DNA of 64,000 bases, from contig CAVQUB010000009.1 of the NCBI GenBank assembly GCA_963716725.1, positions 288,001 through 352,000 on the forward strand, given 5' to 3'. Below are positions 17,951 to 28,310 of the stretch, one piece after another. This DNA is from an uncultured delta proteobacterium (lineage in GTDB: Bacteria > Myxococcota_A > Polyangia > Polyangiales > Polyangiaceae). The notes under the pieces are model-generated. The model did not search any database and was not told the origin of the DNA. It saw only the letters and a list, made by a program, of their open reading frames with translations. Within the stretch, counting starts at the first letter, position 1, and every line of letters begins with the position of its first letter. A program made the translations under genes and the position numbers.

Positions 17951-19525
17951 CTACCCGCGCCGCCGTCTCAGCGCGAGCGCCGCGATCCCCAGCGCGATCC
18001 ACCACGCCGCTGATCCGGGATTCCGCGATCTGCGCAGGCTGCAACCGCCGCTCTCCGCCTCGACGGTGCCTCCGGCTTCGTGCTCCGGCGGCGCCTCGGT
18101 TTCACCGGGGCTCTGGCAGGCGTCGAGATCCGTGTCGGGCTTGCCGGGACACTGATCGTTCGCGTCGATCACGCCGTCCCCGTCGTCATCGTCGTCGCAA
18201 GCGTCGCCAGCGCCGTCGTGGTCCGTATCGGCCTGGTCGGGGTCGGCGATCTCGGGACACAGGTCGTCCGCGTCGTCGACGCCGTCGCCGTCGGTGTCCG
18301 TCTCGCAGGCGTCGCCGATGCCGTCCTGATCCTGGTCCGACTGATCCGCGTCGGCGACCGTCGGACACACGTCGCTCTCGTCGAGCACGCCGTCGCCATC
18401 GTCGTCGTCGTCACAGGCGTCGCCCTTGCCGTCGGCGTCGGTGTCCGTCTGTTCCGGATCCGGCACCTGTGGGCACACGTCCTTCGTGTCGTCGAAGCCG
18501 TCGCCGTCGTCGTCCGCTTCGCAGGCGTCGCCCTTGCCGTCTTGGTCGGTGTCCGTCTGGGTCGCGTTCTTCGTGGTCGGACAGTTGTCCTTGGCGTCCA
18601 GCACGCCGTCGCCGTCATCGTCGTCGTCGCAGGCGTCGCCCTTCTTGTCCTTGTCCGTGTCCGTCTGGGTCGCGTTCTTCGTGGTCGGACAGTTGTCCTT
18701 GGTGTCGAGGACCTTGTCGCCGTCATCGTCAGTGTCGCAGGCGTCGCCCTTCTTGTCCTTGTCCGTGTCTGTCTGGGTCGCGTTCTTCGTGGTCGGACAG
18801 TTGTCCTTGGTGTCGAGGACCCCGTCACCGTCGTCGTCGGTGTCGCAGGCGTCGCCCTTCTTGTCCTTGTCCGTGTCCGTCTGGCTCGCGTTCTTCGTGG
18901 TCGGACAGTTGTCCTTCGCGTCGACCACGCCGTCGTCGTCTTTGTCCTGGTCGTTACAGGGGCCGGTGCCCGGATCGGTGCCCCACCACTCCCAGTGCCA
19001 GTTCTCGCTGGGCACGGTGCGCTTGAAGCCATACGAGCCCGCGTGCTTCGAGAGCCACGAATAGACTCCGGCAGATGAGGCATTGAGATCGAGCGCGTGG
19101 CCGCTCTGGTGGTTGCTGTAGCCCGGCTTCGCCGCCAGGTTGCAGCTGTTGCAACTGCAGCTCGTGTAGCAGCCGTAGAGATACTGCTGCTGAGCCATGG
19201 TGCGGAAGCCGCTGACCACTCGGATCTGCACGCCCGCCGCCGCAGCGGCCTTGGCCATCTTCATGTAGGCGTTGGCGGTCTTCCACTCGACGTGTTTGCC
19301 GTCGACGGTGACGACCTGAATGCTGAACGCCTTCCCACTCGAGTAGCCGGTCGCCGACGACATGCCACACGAGAGCGTCGACAGCTCTTCACTGACCACG
19401 TCGATGTCTTCGTAGAGCTCGCTCTCGTCGTGGTCGTAGTGGTCGCCGGTCTCTGCGAGACAGCCGCCGAGGACCAACAGGCCGAGGCAGAGCACGAGGC
19501 GGAGCAGACCGAAGACGCGGATCAT
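17951..19525 (-). CDS. M15B (VanY-like) D-Ala-D-Ala carboxypeptidase with TSP3 repeats and MYXO-CTERM
   Basis: [19 protein letters not shown] zinc motifs; DxDxDG..D..DNCP...N..Q.D.D.D..GDAC repeats; C-terminal GGCS...[17 protein letters not shown]. Confidence 0.9.
   Translation of the reverse strand: MIRVFGLLRLVLCLGLLVLGGCLAETGDHYDHDESELYEDIDVVSEELSTLSCGMSSATGYSSGKAFSIQVVTVDGKHVEWKTANAYMKMAKAAAAAGVQIRVVSGFRTMAQQQYLYGCYTSCSCNSCNLAAKPGYSNHQSGHALDLNASSAGVYSWLSKHAGSYGFKRTVPSENWHWEWWGTDPGTGPCNDQDKDDDGVVDAKDNCPTTKNASQTDTDKDKKGDACDTDDDGDGVLDTKDNCPTTKNATQTDTDKDKKGDACDTDDDGDKVLDTKDNCPTTKNATQTDTDKDKKGDACDDDDDGDGVLDAKDNCPTTKNATQTDTDQDGKGDACEADDDGDGFDDTKDVCPQVPDPEQTDTDADGKGDACDDDDDGDGVLDESDVCPTVADADQSDQDQDGIGDACETDTDGDGVDDADDLCPEIADPDQADTDHDGAGDACDDDDDGDGVIDANDQCPGKPDTDLDACQSPGETEAPPEHEAGGTVEAESGGCSLRRSRNPGSAAWWIALGIAALALRRRRG
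18150..18950 (-). repeat. 108-bp (36-aa) thrombospondin type-3 repeat array
   Basis: About 4 near-identical plus 3-4 diverged units. Confidence 0.85.
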
Positions 19526-19655
19526 GGCCGGGAGAGAGCACGAGGCGGGCCAAGCTCGCTTCTGGGCTGATCTGGCCGCGAAAGCCTGGGTGGGACCCTG
19601 CTGCGCCAACCCGGGGTTGGCGGCGCCGGGGTGCGCTGCGGGCTCGCCGCCGCGT

Positions 19656-21086
19656 TCAGAGCCCCGAACTCGTCACGCCGTGGTGCACGGCGCCGGAGCT
19701 GGGATCGGGCTTCGCCACGGGAGGCTTGCCCGCCACCGGCTTGGGCTTCGCTTTGGGAGCCGGTGCGGGCGGCGGCGTGGGGAGCGGCGCGGACGAAGCT
19801 GCGGGCTGAGCCGCCTCGCTGGCAAGCGCAGGCGCGACCGTCGGTGGTTCGGGGACGGGGGGCGACGCAGGCGTCGCCGAGACGGCCTCGCCCGACTCGG
19901 AGGCGGCGGGCGTGGGTTCGGGTCGCGACAGCGCAATGGCCGCGCCGAGCCCGGCGACCACCACCACGCCCAGGCCGACGATCAAGGGCAAGGCCGAGCG
20001 ACGCTTCGGGATCGCCAGCGCCGCTTGCGGCTGAAGCTCCGACGGCTGCGGAGCGCTCGGGCTGGTGGCGGCAGGCTGCGCCGAGGTCCCGTGCGGAGGC
20101 AGCTCCATGGCCGCGGTGGTGCTCGTCGCGATGGGGTCGGTGTGTGTGCGCCTGTCGGCGCCCAAGAGCGCCATGAACGCTTCGGCGCCGCGCCGGCCGC
20201 CGAGCAGCGAGACGTGTCCGATCTCGGCGAGCGCGTGCTCGATCGCGTCGGCCATGACCCCGGCCTCGGCGAAGCGCGCGCCGCGATCGCGCGCGATGGC
20301 GCGACCGACCAGATCGGCGACGCACTTCGGCACGTCCGGCAGGAGCGAAGCGAGGTGCGGCCGCTCGCCTTGGATGATCTCCACCAAGAGCAAGCCATAG
20401 GTCTCCGCCAGGAACGGAGGCCTGCCGACCAGACATTCCCAGAGCATGACGCCCAGCGAATGCACGTCGCTGCGCGCGTCGATGCTCTTGTCGCCAGCCG
20501 CTTGCTCGGGGCTCATGTAGAGCGGCGAGCCGAGCACGGCGCCGGTGCGCGTCATGCCGGTCACGTTGCGACCCGTCGAGTCCGCCACCAGCACCTTGCT
20601 GATCCCGAAGTCGAGCACCTTGGGCGTCATCGAGCCATCGCCCGTCCGATGCAGAAACACGTTCGACGGCTTCAGGTCGCGGTGGATGATGCCCTTCTCA
20701 TGGGCCAGCGCGAGGCCGCGACACGCGTCGAGCACGATCTCGAGGGCGACACCCACCGGCAACGCGCCGGCGCGGTTGAGGGCCTCGTCGAGGCCGACAC
20801 CATCCAGGACCTCCATCACCAAGTACGGCGCGCCGTCCATGCTCGGCTCGGAGCCGGCGTCGAAGATCTCGACGATGCTGGGGTGGCGCAGCTTGCCGGC
20901 GACCTTGGCCTCTTGGAAGAAGCGGGCCAGCTGATCCTGCGTGCGCTCGGCGCTCGCGTGCAGGAACTTGATGGCGAAATCGCGCTCGGTGACCTGGTTC
21001 TTCGCAAGCCACACCGACCCCATGCCCCCTTCGCCCAGCTTGCGAAGGATCCGGTACTTGCCTGCGACGAGCGCGCCCTCTTCCAC
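19656..21086 (-). CDS. Membrane Ser/Thr protein kinase
   Basis: GTG start; [24 protein letters not shown]; transmembrane helix and Pro-rich tail. Confidence 0.93.
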   Translation of the reverse strand: MEEGALVAGKYRILRKLGEGGMGSVWLAKNQVTERDFAIKFLHASAERTQDQLARFFQEAKVAGKLRHPSIVEIFDAGSEPSMDGAPYLVMEVLDGVGLDEALNRAGALPVGVALEIVLDACRGLALAHEKGIIHRDLKPSNVFLHRTGDGSMTPKVLDFGISKVLVADSTGRNVTGMTRTGAVLGSPLYMSPEQAAGDKSIDARSDVHSLGVMLWECLVGRPPFLAETYGLLLVEIIQGERPHLASLLPDVPKCVADLVGRAIARDRGARFAEAGVMADAIEHALAEIGHVSLLGGRRGAEAFMALLGADRRTHTDPIATSTTAAMELPPHGTSAQPAATSPSAPQPSELQPQAALAIPKRRSALPLIVGLGVVVVAGLGAAIALSRPEPTPAASESGEAVSATPASPPVPEPPTVAPALASEAAQPAASSAPLPTPPPAPAPKAKPKPVAGKPPVAKPDPSSGAVHHGVTSSGL

Positions 21087-21137
21087 GCCGCCGCAGCGTA
21101 GCGCATTCCGCGGACCGTTGAGGTAGACTCCGCGCGA

Positions 21138-22142
21138 ATGCCGCGCAGTCGCTGGATCATCCCGCTCTCGCTGAGCTTGGCGCTGCCCGCGTGGGGTCAG
21201 ACCGCCTCGGAGATCGCGGCCGCCAAGCAGTGGTTCACCCAGGGCATGGCCCTGGAAGAGAAGGGCCAGTTCGGCGACGCGCTGGAGCAGTTCAAGAAGG
21301 CGCTGGCGGTGAAGAAGACTCCGCAGATCGTCTTCCACGTCGCGCTCTGCGAGCTCGAGACCGGCGCGTTGGTCGAGGCGCTGGTGGACTTCGGACGGGC
21401 CGTCGAGATCGCGAAGGCCGAAGGCAACGCCCAGGTCGAGTCGGCCGCGAACGCGGAGCTCGTCAAGCTCAGGCCGCGAGTGCCTGCGGTCGAGATCGTG
21501 GTCCGAGGCGGCGCGACCCCGACGCGCGTCTTGCTGAACGGCACCGAGATTGCCGTCGCGACCCTCGGCTCCCCGGTCCCGGTCAATCCTGGACGGTACG
21601 AGGTCGTGGCGGAGTTCGAGGGCGTGCCCGTGCGACGCAAGTTCAGCGTCGCAGAACACGGTCGCGCCAAGGTCGAGATCACGCCGCCGGTGGCGACCGC
21701 CGACACGCCCGGCGCTCCGGCGCCCACTCCCGCAGCGAAGAAGGCGCCTCCTGCCGCGCCGGCCGAGCCCACTCACCCGACGCCGGAGCCGACCGCGTCG
21801 CCCTCGGTGTTGCCCTGGGTGATGGTGGGCGGGGGCGTGGTGTTCGCCGCGGGTGGTTTCTATCTGTGGAAGCTGCGCGGTGATCAGATCGATGCGCTCG
21901 ACGAGCTGTGTCCAGAGCAAGACCGCTGCCCGATCGAGCGCGCGGGCGAAATGGACGACGCCGAGAGCAAGGGCAAGACCTACACGGCCCTGGCGTTCGC
22001 GGGCTGGGGCGTTGGCGCTGCTGCCATCACGGTGGGGACGGTGATGCTGCTCGGTTCGTCATCGAGGGAGCGCGCGACGGCAGAGTGGGCGCCGGTCATC
22101 GGCCCCGGGTTCTCGGGCGCCAGCGTGCGCGGCCGGTTCTGA
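21138..22142 (+). CDS. TPR/PEGA-domain secreted protein
   Basis: Signal peptide, TPR-like helices, VPVNPGRYEV, C-terminal ...GASVRGRF; divergent from the kinase. Confidence 0.8.
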   Translation: MPRSRWIIPLSLSLALPAWGQTASEIAAAKQWFTQGMALEEKGQFGDALEQFKKALAVKKTPQIVFHVALCELETGALVEALVDFGRAVEIAKAEGNAQVESAANAELVKLRPRVPAVEIVVRGGATPTRVLLNGTEIAVATLGSPVPVNPGRYEVVAEFEGVPVRRKFSVAEHGRAKVEITPPVATADTPGAPAPTPAAKKAPPAAPAEPTHPTPEPTASPSVLPWVMVGGGVVFAAGGFYLWKLRGDQIDALDELCPEQDRCPIERAGEMDDAESKGKTYTALAFAGWGVGAAAITVGTVMLLGSSSRERATAEWAPVIGPGFSGASVRGRF

Positions 22143-22143
22143 G

Positions 22144-23082
22144 TCACTTCACGCTGCGCGCGCAGCGGAAGCCGGCGTCGTTGTAGCGGTCGCCCGCTCC
22201 GTAGGGCTCGAGCCGACCTTGGGTCCGTTGCTCGCCAACGTCGGTAATGTATGAGCCACCGCCGCGCAGGCGTCGAGCCGAGACGTCCGCGCCGTCGGAG
22301 GGGGCCGCCCAGTTCGGTTCGTTCTTGTTGCCTTCCCACTGGACGTCCCACACCCACTCGAACACGCTGCCCACCAGGTCTTCGACTCCCTCGGCGGTGT
22401 GATCGAGGTTGGACGATCCGACGGGCCGCGGGAACCCGCAGAATCCCCCGTTGAATTTCAGGACCGCGCCATCGCACCCTCCGGGTGGCTCCGCGTTTCC
22501 CCAGGGAAAGAGCTGAGGCGCTACGCCATCGGTGCGCACGAAGCTCCACTCCGCGGCGGTGGGGAGGCGCTTGCCCTCGGAAGCGCAGAACGCCGCGGCT
22601 TGCATCCACGAGACGCAGGTCATGGGGAAGTTGACCGCGTCCTCTGTGCTGCTCTCCGCCAGTCGCCAGGTCGTAGATGGCGCCTCCCCTAATGGATAGG
22701 GCTCCGGCCCGCTGCATTTGCCGTCGGTGTCCACAGCCGCCCAGTCGAAGTACTCGTGGCTGACGCTGTCGTTCCAAGAAGCCTCCCAGCTCATCTGCTC
22801 CTCGTACGCGCCGTCGGGGTCGAGCGAGCTGTCTGGATCGGGGATCTTCTGTCCGTGCTTCCACCAGTCGTTGAAGCGGCCGACCGTCACCTCGTACTGA
22901 TCGATGTCGAAGTCGTAGCTGAAGCTCACGGTGTTGCTGGTCAGGCCTGTGTCGGCGGCCACCTCGAAATCGACTGATTGCCCCGCGCTGTGCACACTCA
23001 CCATGTGGTCGTCCGGCTCCGTCTCGTAGTCGGGGAAGCACCCCGCGAGCACCACCGCCGAGAGCACCAGAGCGCGACGCAT
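22144..23082 (-). CDS. FGE-sulfatase (SUMF1-like) domain lipoprotein
   Basis: Lipobox LAGC; YEVT, P..CVSW.QA..FC...GKRLPT.AEW, FPWG, DLVGSVFEWV, GFRCAR. Confidence 0.88.
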   Translation of the reverse strand: MRRALVLSAVVLAGCFPDYETEPDDHMVSVHSAGQSVDFEVAADTGLTSNTVSFSYDFDIDQYEVTVGRFNDWWKHGQKIPDPDSSLDPDGAYEEQMSWEASWNDSVSHEYFDWAAVDTDGKCSGPEPYPLGEAPSTTWRLAESSTEDAVNFPMTCVSWMQAAAFCASEGKRLPTAAEWSFVRTDGVAPQLFPWGNAEPPGGCDGAVLKFNGGFCGFPRPVGSSNLDHTAEGVEDLVGSVFEWVWDVQWEGNKNEPNWAAPSDGADVSARRLRGGGSYITDVGEQRTQGRLEPYGAGDRYNDAGFRCARSVK

Positions 23083-23337
23083 GCGCCTGGGTATACAGCG
23101 CTGCACGAGCCGGCGCGAGCGCGCGCAGCGCTCCGCGACACCGCAACCCGCGCTAACCCCCCGGGGCGTCGCCTCGGCAGGGTCGCCCGTGAGCGCGGTG
23201 TCACCCGGGAAATTCCCCTGTGTTGTCCGGCTGACCGGCGACGCTGATCGGGCTCGGACGCGCTGCGTCGAGCGAGGACGCTTGACCCAGAACCGGTCCT
23301 CGGTTTGAGTCTCTGGCGATTTCACGGAGGTTCATCG

Positions 23338-23886
23338 ATGAAGCTTTCAACTGGCTTGGTTGTTCTCACGGGTTTGGCGGCGTGTTTCTGGGCGGGCTGC
23401 TCGAGCGAAGACTCGACAGGCGGCACCGGCGGCAGCGGCGCGACGGCAACGGGTGGCGTTGGAGCCACGGGCGCGACCGGCGGCTCGGGCGCCATGGGCG
23501 GCTCCGGTGCGATGGGCGGCTCCGGCGCGACCGGCGGCTCCGGCGCGACCGGCGGCTCCGGTGCGACCGGCGGCGGCGGAAGCTGCCCGGATGATCTCTT
23601 CAACCAGAAGTGCGCCGCGCTCGGCTCGAGCGATGCCAAGCAGAACGCATGCATCAAGGGCGCCTGCTGCGCTGCGGCGGACGCCTGCCTCGCCGACAAA
23701 GCGTGCGCTTCGCTCGTGATGTGCGGCAGCAACTGCCTGCAGGCCGGCGGGGATCCGCAGAGCTGCGGGACGCAGTGCTCCAGCTGCGTGACCGATCCGA
23801 CTCTCTATAACGCGATGAACAAGTGCGTCACGGACTGCGCGGCGGGCACCACCGACGCCGGCACCACCGACGCCGCGACCGACTGA
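23338..23886 (+). CDS. Gly/Cys-rich lipoprotein
   Basis: GGAGG RBS; lipobox WAGC; GGSGA(T/M) repeats; Cys-rich domain. Confidence 0.8.
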   Translation: MKLSTGLVVLTGLAACFWAGCSSEDSTGGTGGSGATATGGVGATGATGGSGAMGGSGAMGGSGATGGSGATGGSGATGGGGSCPDDLFNQKCAALGSSDAKQNACIKGACCAAADACLADKACASLVMCGSNCLQAGGDPQSCGTQCSSCVTDPTLYNAMNKCVTDCAAGTTDAGTTDAATD

Positions 23887-23910
23887 GACCTCGACAGCGG
23901 TCTTCACGCG

Positions 23911-23949
23911 CGCCCGCGACGCCTCGGTGTCGTGGGCGTTCGTGTTTTT
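23911..23949 (+). terminator. Intrinsic terminator
   Basis: CGCCCGCGACGC-CTCG-GTGTCGTGGGCG stem followed by TTCGTGTTTTT. Confidence 0.7.
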
Positions 23950-23996
23950 GTCACCCGCGTTTGACGGCGCTCGGCGGCTCGCGCATGGCAGGGGTC

Positions 23997-26180
23997 ATGA
24001 ATCGCACCTCGGCCTGCGGATGTACCTTGGCACTGACCCTCGCTTCCTGCGGCCCGAGCGCGGGGGGCGGCGGATCACCGCCCAGCACACCCCCGCCCCC
24101 AACCTCGAGCGGCAGCAGCGCGGGTGCCCCGGCGAGCCCGGCGGATCCGGCTGACGCTTTGCTCGCGGAGTGGAAGGGCCCCCACGGCGGGGTGCCGCCC
24201 TGGGACAAGCTCGACCCCAAGTTGTTCATCCCGGCCATCGACAAAGCCGCGGCTGCTTACTTGGCCGAGGTGAACGCCATCGCGACGCGCACCGACGCGC
24301 CCACCTTCGACAACACTCTGGCGGCCCTCGAACGTTCGGGAAAATCCCTCGATCGGGTGGGCACGCTGTACTTCGTGATGACCGCGAACCTGAACACCCC
24401 GGAGGTCCAGAAGCTGGCGGAGGTGATCGAACCGAAGCTCAGCCAAGTCTCCGACGAGGTGAAGTTCAACGCCAAGCTCTTCGCGCGGATCAAGGCCGTC
24501 TACGACGCGCGGGAAACCAGCGGCCTGAGCGCCGAACAGAAGCGCGTGGTGCAGAAGACCTACGACGACTTCGTGCGGCGCGGGGCCAGCCTCGACGCCG
24601 ACAAGAAGAAGCGCGTCGGGGAGATCAACCAGACCCTCGCCAAGCTGTACACGGACTTTGGCAACCGAGTTCAGGCGGACGAGAACACCTGGGTGGTCTT
24701 GGGCAAGGACCAGCTCGGTGGTCTGCCCGAGTCGCTGGTGCAGAGCTACAAGGCCGCGGCGGACGAGCGCAAGGTCGCAGGTTGGCTGGTGGTCAACACG
24801 CGCTCCGCGGTCGATCCCTTCCTGACCTTCAGCGACGAGCGCAGCGTGCGCGAGAAGGTGTGGCGCGCCTTCGTCGAGCGCGGCAACCACGGGGACAAGA
24901 ACGACACCAACGGGCTGATCACCGAGATCGTGAAGCTCCGGGCCGAGCGCGCGGGCGTGCTGGGCTTCGCGAGCCACGCGCACTGGCGCATGAGCGACAC
25001 CATGGCCAAGGAGCCGAAGGCGGCCGAGAAGCTGATGATGCGCGTCTGGCCCGCGGCGGTGGCGCGCGTCAAGCAAGAGGTCGCGGACATGCAAAAGCTG
25101 GCGACCAAGCTCGGGCACAAGCTGACCGTCGAGCCCTGGGACTACCGCTTCTACATGGAGAAGGTGCGTAAGGAGCGCTACGACCTCGATCAGAACGAGT
25201 TCAAGAAATACTTCGAGCTCGAGAACATGATCCAGGCCTCGTACTTCATGGCCGGCAAGCTCTACGGCTACGCCTTCGAAGAGGTCTCGGGGACGCTGCC
25301 GGTGTTCCACCCGGACGTGCGCGTCTACCGGGTGACCCGCAAGAGCGACAAGAGCCACGTCGGCTACCTGTATCGCGACGACTTCGCGCGCACGCACAAG
25401 AGCTCGGGCGCGTGGCAGGCGACCTACCGCGAGCAGCAGAAGGTCGACGGCAAGATCTTCCCGATCGTCTCGAACAACAACAACTTCACCAAGGGCGGCA
25501 AGGGCCAGCCGGTGCTGATCAGCCTCGACGACGCCAGGACGCTGTTCCACGAATTCGGGCACGCGCTGCACGCGCTGAGCAACGAGACCACCTACCCATC
25601 CCTGACCAACACGCCGCGGGACTTCGTCGAGTTCCCGAGCCAGGTCCACGAAAACTGGGTGCTCACCCGCGAGATCTTGGACACCTACGCGCTGCACTAC
25701 GAGACGAAGCAGAAGATGCCCCAAGCGCTGATCGACAAGATGCGCAAGGCGAGCACCTTCAACCAGGGTTTCTCCACGGTGGAGTACCTGAGCGCCGCCC
25801 TGGTGGACATGAAGCTGCACACCGATCCCAAGGGCGCGGTCGATCCCAAAGCCTTCGAGGCGAGCACGCTGAAGGCCCTGGGCATGCCCAAAGAGATCGT
25901 GATGCGCCACCGCATGCCGCACTTCCAGCACCTCTTCACCTCGGACGCGTACTCGGCCGGGTACTACTCCTATCTGTGGTCGGACGTGATGGCGGCGGAC
26001 GCTTGGAAGGCCTTCGAGGACACCAAGGACCCCTTCAACCCCGACGTCGCCAAGAAGTTCAAGGACCTGATCTTGGCCAACGGTGACGCGATCGATCGCG
26101 CCGAGGCCTACCGGCAGTTCCGCGGCCGTGACCCCAAGGTCGAGGCGTTGCTCGCGAATCGCGGCTTCCCGACCAAGTGA
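23997..26180 (+). CDS. dcp: M3A peptidyl-dipeptidase (Dcp-like), lipoprotein
   Basis: FHEFGHALH, DFVEFPSQ, YSAGYYSY.W, FRGRDP; lipobox LASC; start could be 23985. Confidence 0.9.
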   Translation: MNRTSACGCTLALTLASCGPSAGGGGSPPSTPPPPTSSGSSAGAPASPADPADALLAEWKGPHGGVPPWDKLDPKLFIPAIDKAAAAYLAEVNAIATRTDAPTFDNTLAALERSGKSLDRVGTLYFVMTANLNTPEVQKLAEVIEPKLSQVSDEVKFNAKLFARIKAVYDARETSGLSAEQKRVVQKTYDDFVRRGASLDADKKKRVGEINQTLAKLYTDFGNRVQADENTWVVLGKDQLGGLPESLVQSYKAAADERKVAGWLVVNTRSAVDPFLTFSDERSVREKVWRAFVERGNHGDKNDTNGLITEIVKLRAERAGVLGFASHAHWRMSDTMAKEPKAAEKLMMRVWPAAVARVKQEVADMQKLATKLGHKLTVEPWDYRFYMEKVRKERYDLDQNEFKKYFELENMIQASYFMAGKLYGYAFEEVSGTLPVFHPDVRVYRVTRKSDKSHVGYLYRDDFARTHKSSGAWQATYREQQKVDGKIFPIVSNNNNFTKGGKGQPVLISLDDARTLFHEFGHALHALSNETTYPSLTNTPRDFVEFPSQVHENWVLTREILDTYALHYETKQKMPQALIDKMRKASTFNQGFSTVEYLSAALVDMKLHTDPKGAVDPKAFEASTLKALGMPKEIVMRHRMPHFQHLFTSDAYSAGYYSYLWSDVMAADAWKAFEDTKDPFNPDVAKKFKDLILANGDAIDRAEAYRQFRGRDPKVEALLANRGFPTK

Positions 26181-26232
26181 TTGCGCTCTGCTGCTGGCGA
26201 GGGCTCGGGTCCGGGTTAAGCTGCCGCCTGCC

Positions 26233-27147
26233 ATGCGCGCCGCTCGGCTCGTGCCCCTGCTCTCCTGCGCAGCTCTCGTGGCCGCGGCCTCGGACTCGCG
26301 CGCTCTGACTCACGTCGTGCAAAAAGGTGACACGCTGGCCTCCATCGCCGAGCGCTACTACGGGCGCATCCAGCACGAGCGCTTGCTGGTGGCCGCCAAC
26401 GGCCTCGACTCCCGAGGCGGGAGCCCCATCGTGGTCGGCATGCGCCTGGAGGTGCCCGCGCTGTCGCACCGTCGCGTCAAGAAGACCGACAACTGGGCCG
26501 ACCTGGCCACGCACCACTTGGGATCAGCTCATCGGGCCGACGTGCTGAGCATGGCCAACGGGTCGAGCCCTTGGCTGCCGCCGGCAGATGGCGCGGAAAT
26601 CCTGATCCCCTACAACTTGCCGGTGATGGTCACGAATGCGGACACCATCGTGAGCATCGCACAGAAGTACATGGGCGATCCCAACAAGGCTTGGGTCCTC
26701 GACCACTACAATGCCTTCAAGGGCAAGAAGCTCGCGACCGGAGACATCGTGCTCGTCCCGCTGACCGAGCTCGCCCTGACCGAAGACGGCAAGAAGGCTG
26801 TCGCCGAGACAAACCCCCTGGTGTGCTCCCAGGCCTCGGGCGAGACCCGAGACCGCCAGCGTAAGGTGCAGTCGGAGCTGCCCTCGCTGAACGCAGACGT
26901 GAAGGGTGGTCGCTACGTCGATGCCGTCGCGCGAGGGAATCGCTTCTTGTCGTCGAGCTCGCAGCTCACCACCGAGCAACTCGCCAACGTGCATCGCCAG
27001 TTGCTCGAGGCCTACGCCGCCCTCGACGCACCGGGTCTGGCCAGAGCGGCCTGCGGGGAGTGGAAGAAGCTCGACCCCGGTGCCAACCTCGATCCTGTCA
27101 CCATGAGCCCCAAGCTGCGGGAGGCCTGCGTGGAGCCTGCGCCGTGA
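26233..27147 (+). CDS. LysM-domain secreted protein
   Basis: Signal peptide; HVVQKGDTLASIAERYYG plus two degenerate LysM units; C-terminal helical domain. Confidence 0.85.
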   Translation: MRAARLVPLLSCAALVAAASDSRALTHVVQKGDTLASIAERYYGRIQHERLLVAANGLDSRGGSPIVVGMRLEVPALSHRRVKKTDNWADLATHHLGSAHRADVLSMANGSSPWLPPADGAEILIPYNLPVMVTNADTIVSIAQKYMGDPNKAWVLDHYNAFKGKKLATGDIVLVPLTELALTEDGKKAVAETNPLVCSQASGETRDRQRKVQSELPSLNADVKGGRYVDAVARGNRFLSSSSQLTTEQLANVHRQLLEAYAALDAPGLARAACGEWKKLDPGANLDPVTMSPKLREACVEPAP

Positions 27148-28301
27148 CGGAGGCGCTGGAAAACAGCGGCGACCGCGCGCTCGGACCCGGGGCGGTGGTG
27201 GCCGGGCGCTACCGCATCGAGACGGTTCTGGGCGACGGTGCCAGCGGTATCGTGTTCCGAGCCGAGTGCTGCGCCGCGCCCGACAGCGGCGCCGCGTCCG
27301 GCCAGATCCACGCGGGGCAGCGCGTGGCGCTCAAGGTGATCCACCGCCACCTGGCCCGCGACCACCAGATCAGCCGGCGCTTTCACCGCGAAGCGCGCAT
27401 CTTGCGCAAGCTGCGTGCGCCGAACCTGGTGCGACTGCTCGACTTCGGCGAGACCGAGGACGGGCTGTTGTTCATGGCGCTCGAGCACGTCCAAGGCACG
27501 CCGCTGGACGTGGTCTCCAAGTCCGGCCCCATGGCACCGGCACGCGCCGTCGAGATCACGCGTCAGGTGTGCACCGCGCTGGACCACGCTCACTCCGAGG
27601 GCGTCGTGCACCGCGACTTGAAACCGGGCAACGTCATCATCGAGCGCGACGACGAAGACGACGCGGAGACCGCGCGGGTTCTGGATTTCGGCTTGGCCAA
27701 AGTCCTGCGCGGCGATGCGAGCCAATCGCTCACGGCGTTGACGCAGCAAAACATGGTCTTCGGAACCCCAGAGTACATGGCCCCCGAGGCTGCCCGCGGG
27801 GACGATGTGGACGCACGCAGCGACGTGTACGCGGCCGGCATCATCCTCTACGAGCTGGTGACGGGCTCCGTGCCCTTCGGTGGCAACAACCCCATCGCGA
27901 TCATGACCGCGCACCTGACGGACACGGTGATCGCGCCCTCGGAACGCGCACCAAACGCCGGCATCGGCCCGGCGCTGGACGCGGTGGTGATGCACGCACT
28001 GGCGAAGAAACCCGAAGATCGCTATCCGTCGGCCGCTGCTCTTTCCGCGGCGCTCGCGCAGGCGATGCACTCGCCGCGGGACGTCGCGTCGACCCGGCCA
28101 CCGCCCTCGGACCAGGAGCTGGGCAATCGCGACACCGAACTCTCACTTGGATCTCCGGATCTTCAGCGGAAGGAACAGGCTGCCCAGGTCTCCGCTTTGG
28201 CCCCGGGCGCGCCCGCCACCAGCTGGTTCTGGCTGGTCGCGGTCCTGGCCGCCCTGATCGGGATAGCGGCAGGCGTCGCCCTCAGCATGACTGGAGGCTA
28301 G
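27144..28301 (+). CDS. Ser/Thr protein kinase with C-terminal membrane anchor
   Basis: GTGA overlap; GDGASG, VALK, HRDLKPGN, DFG, APE. Confidence 0.93.
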   Translation: MTEALENSGDRALGPGAVVAGRYRIETVLGDGASGIVFRAECCAAPDSGAASGQIHAGQRVALKVIHRHLARDHQISRRFHREARILRKLRAPNLVRLLDFGETEDGLLFMALEHVQGTPLDVVSKSGPMAPARAVEITRQVCTALDHAHSEGVVHRDLKPGNVIIERDDEDDAETARVLDFGLAKVLRGDASQSLTALTQQNMVFGTPEYMAPEAARGDDVDARSDVYAAGIILYELVTGSVPFGGNNPIAIMTAHLTDTVIAPSERAPNAGIGPALDAVVMHALAKKPEDRYPSAAALSAALAQAMHSPRDVASTRPPPSDQELGNRDTELSLGSPDLQRKEQAAQVSALAPGAPATSWFWLVAVLAALIGIAAGVALSMTGG

Positions 28302-28310
28302 CTCGTCGCG

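Noticed and set aside
18150..18950. Possible repeat array or mobile element
   Set aside because: Explained by coding TSP3 repeats.
19656..21920. 754-aa kinase with long N-terminal domain
   Set aside because: The extension is antisense to the TPR/PEGA gene; the kinase begins at GTG 21086.
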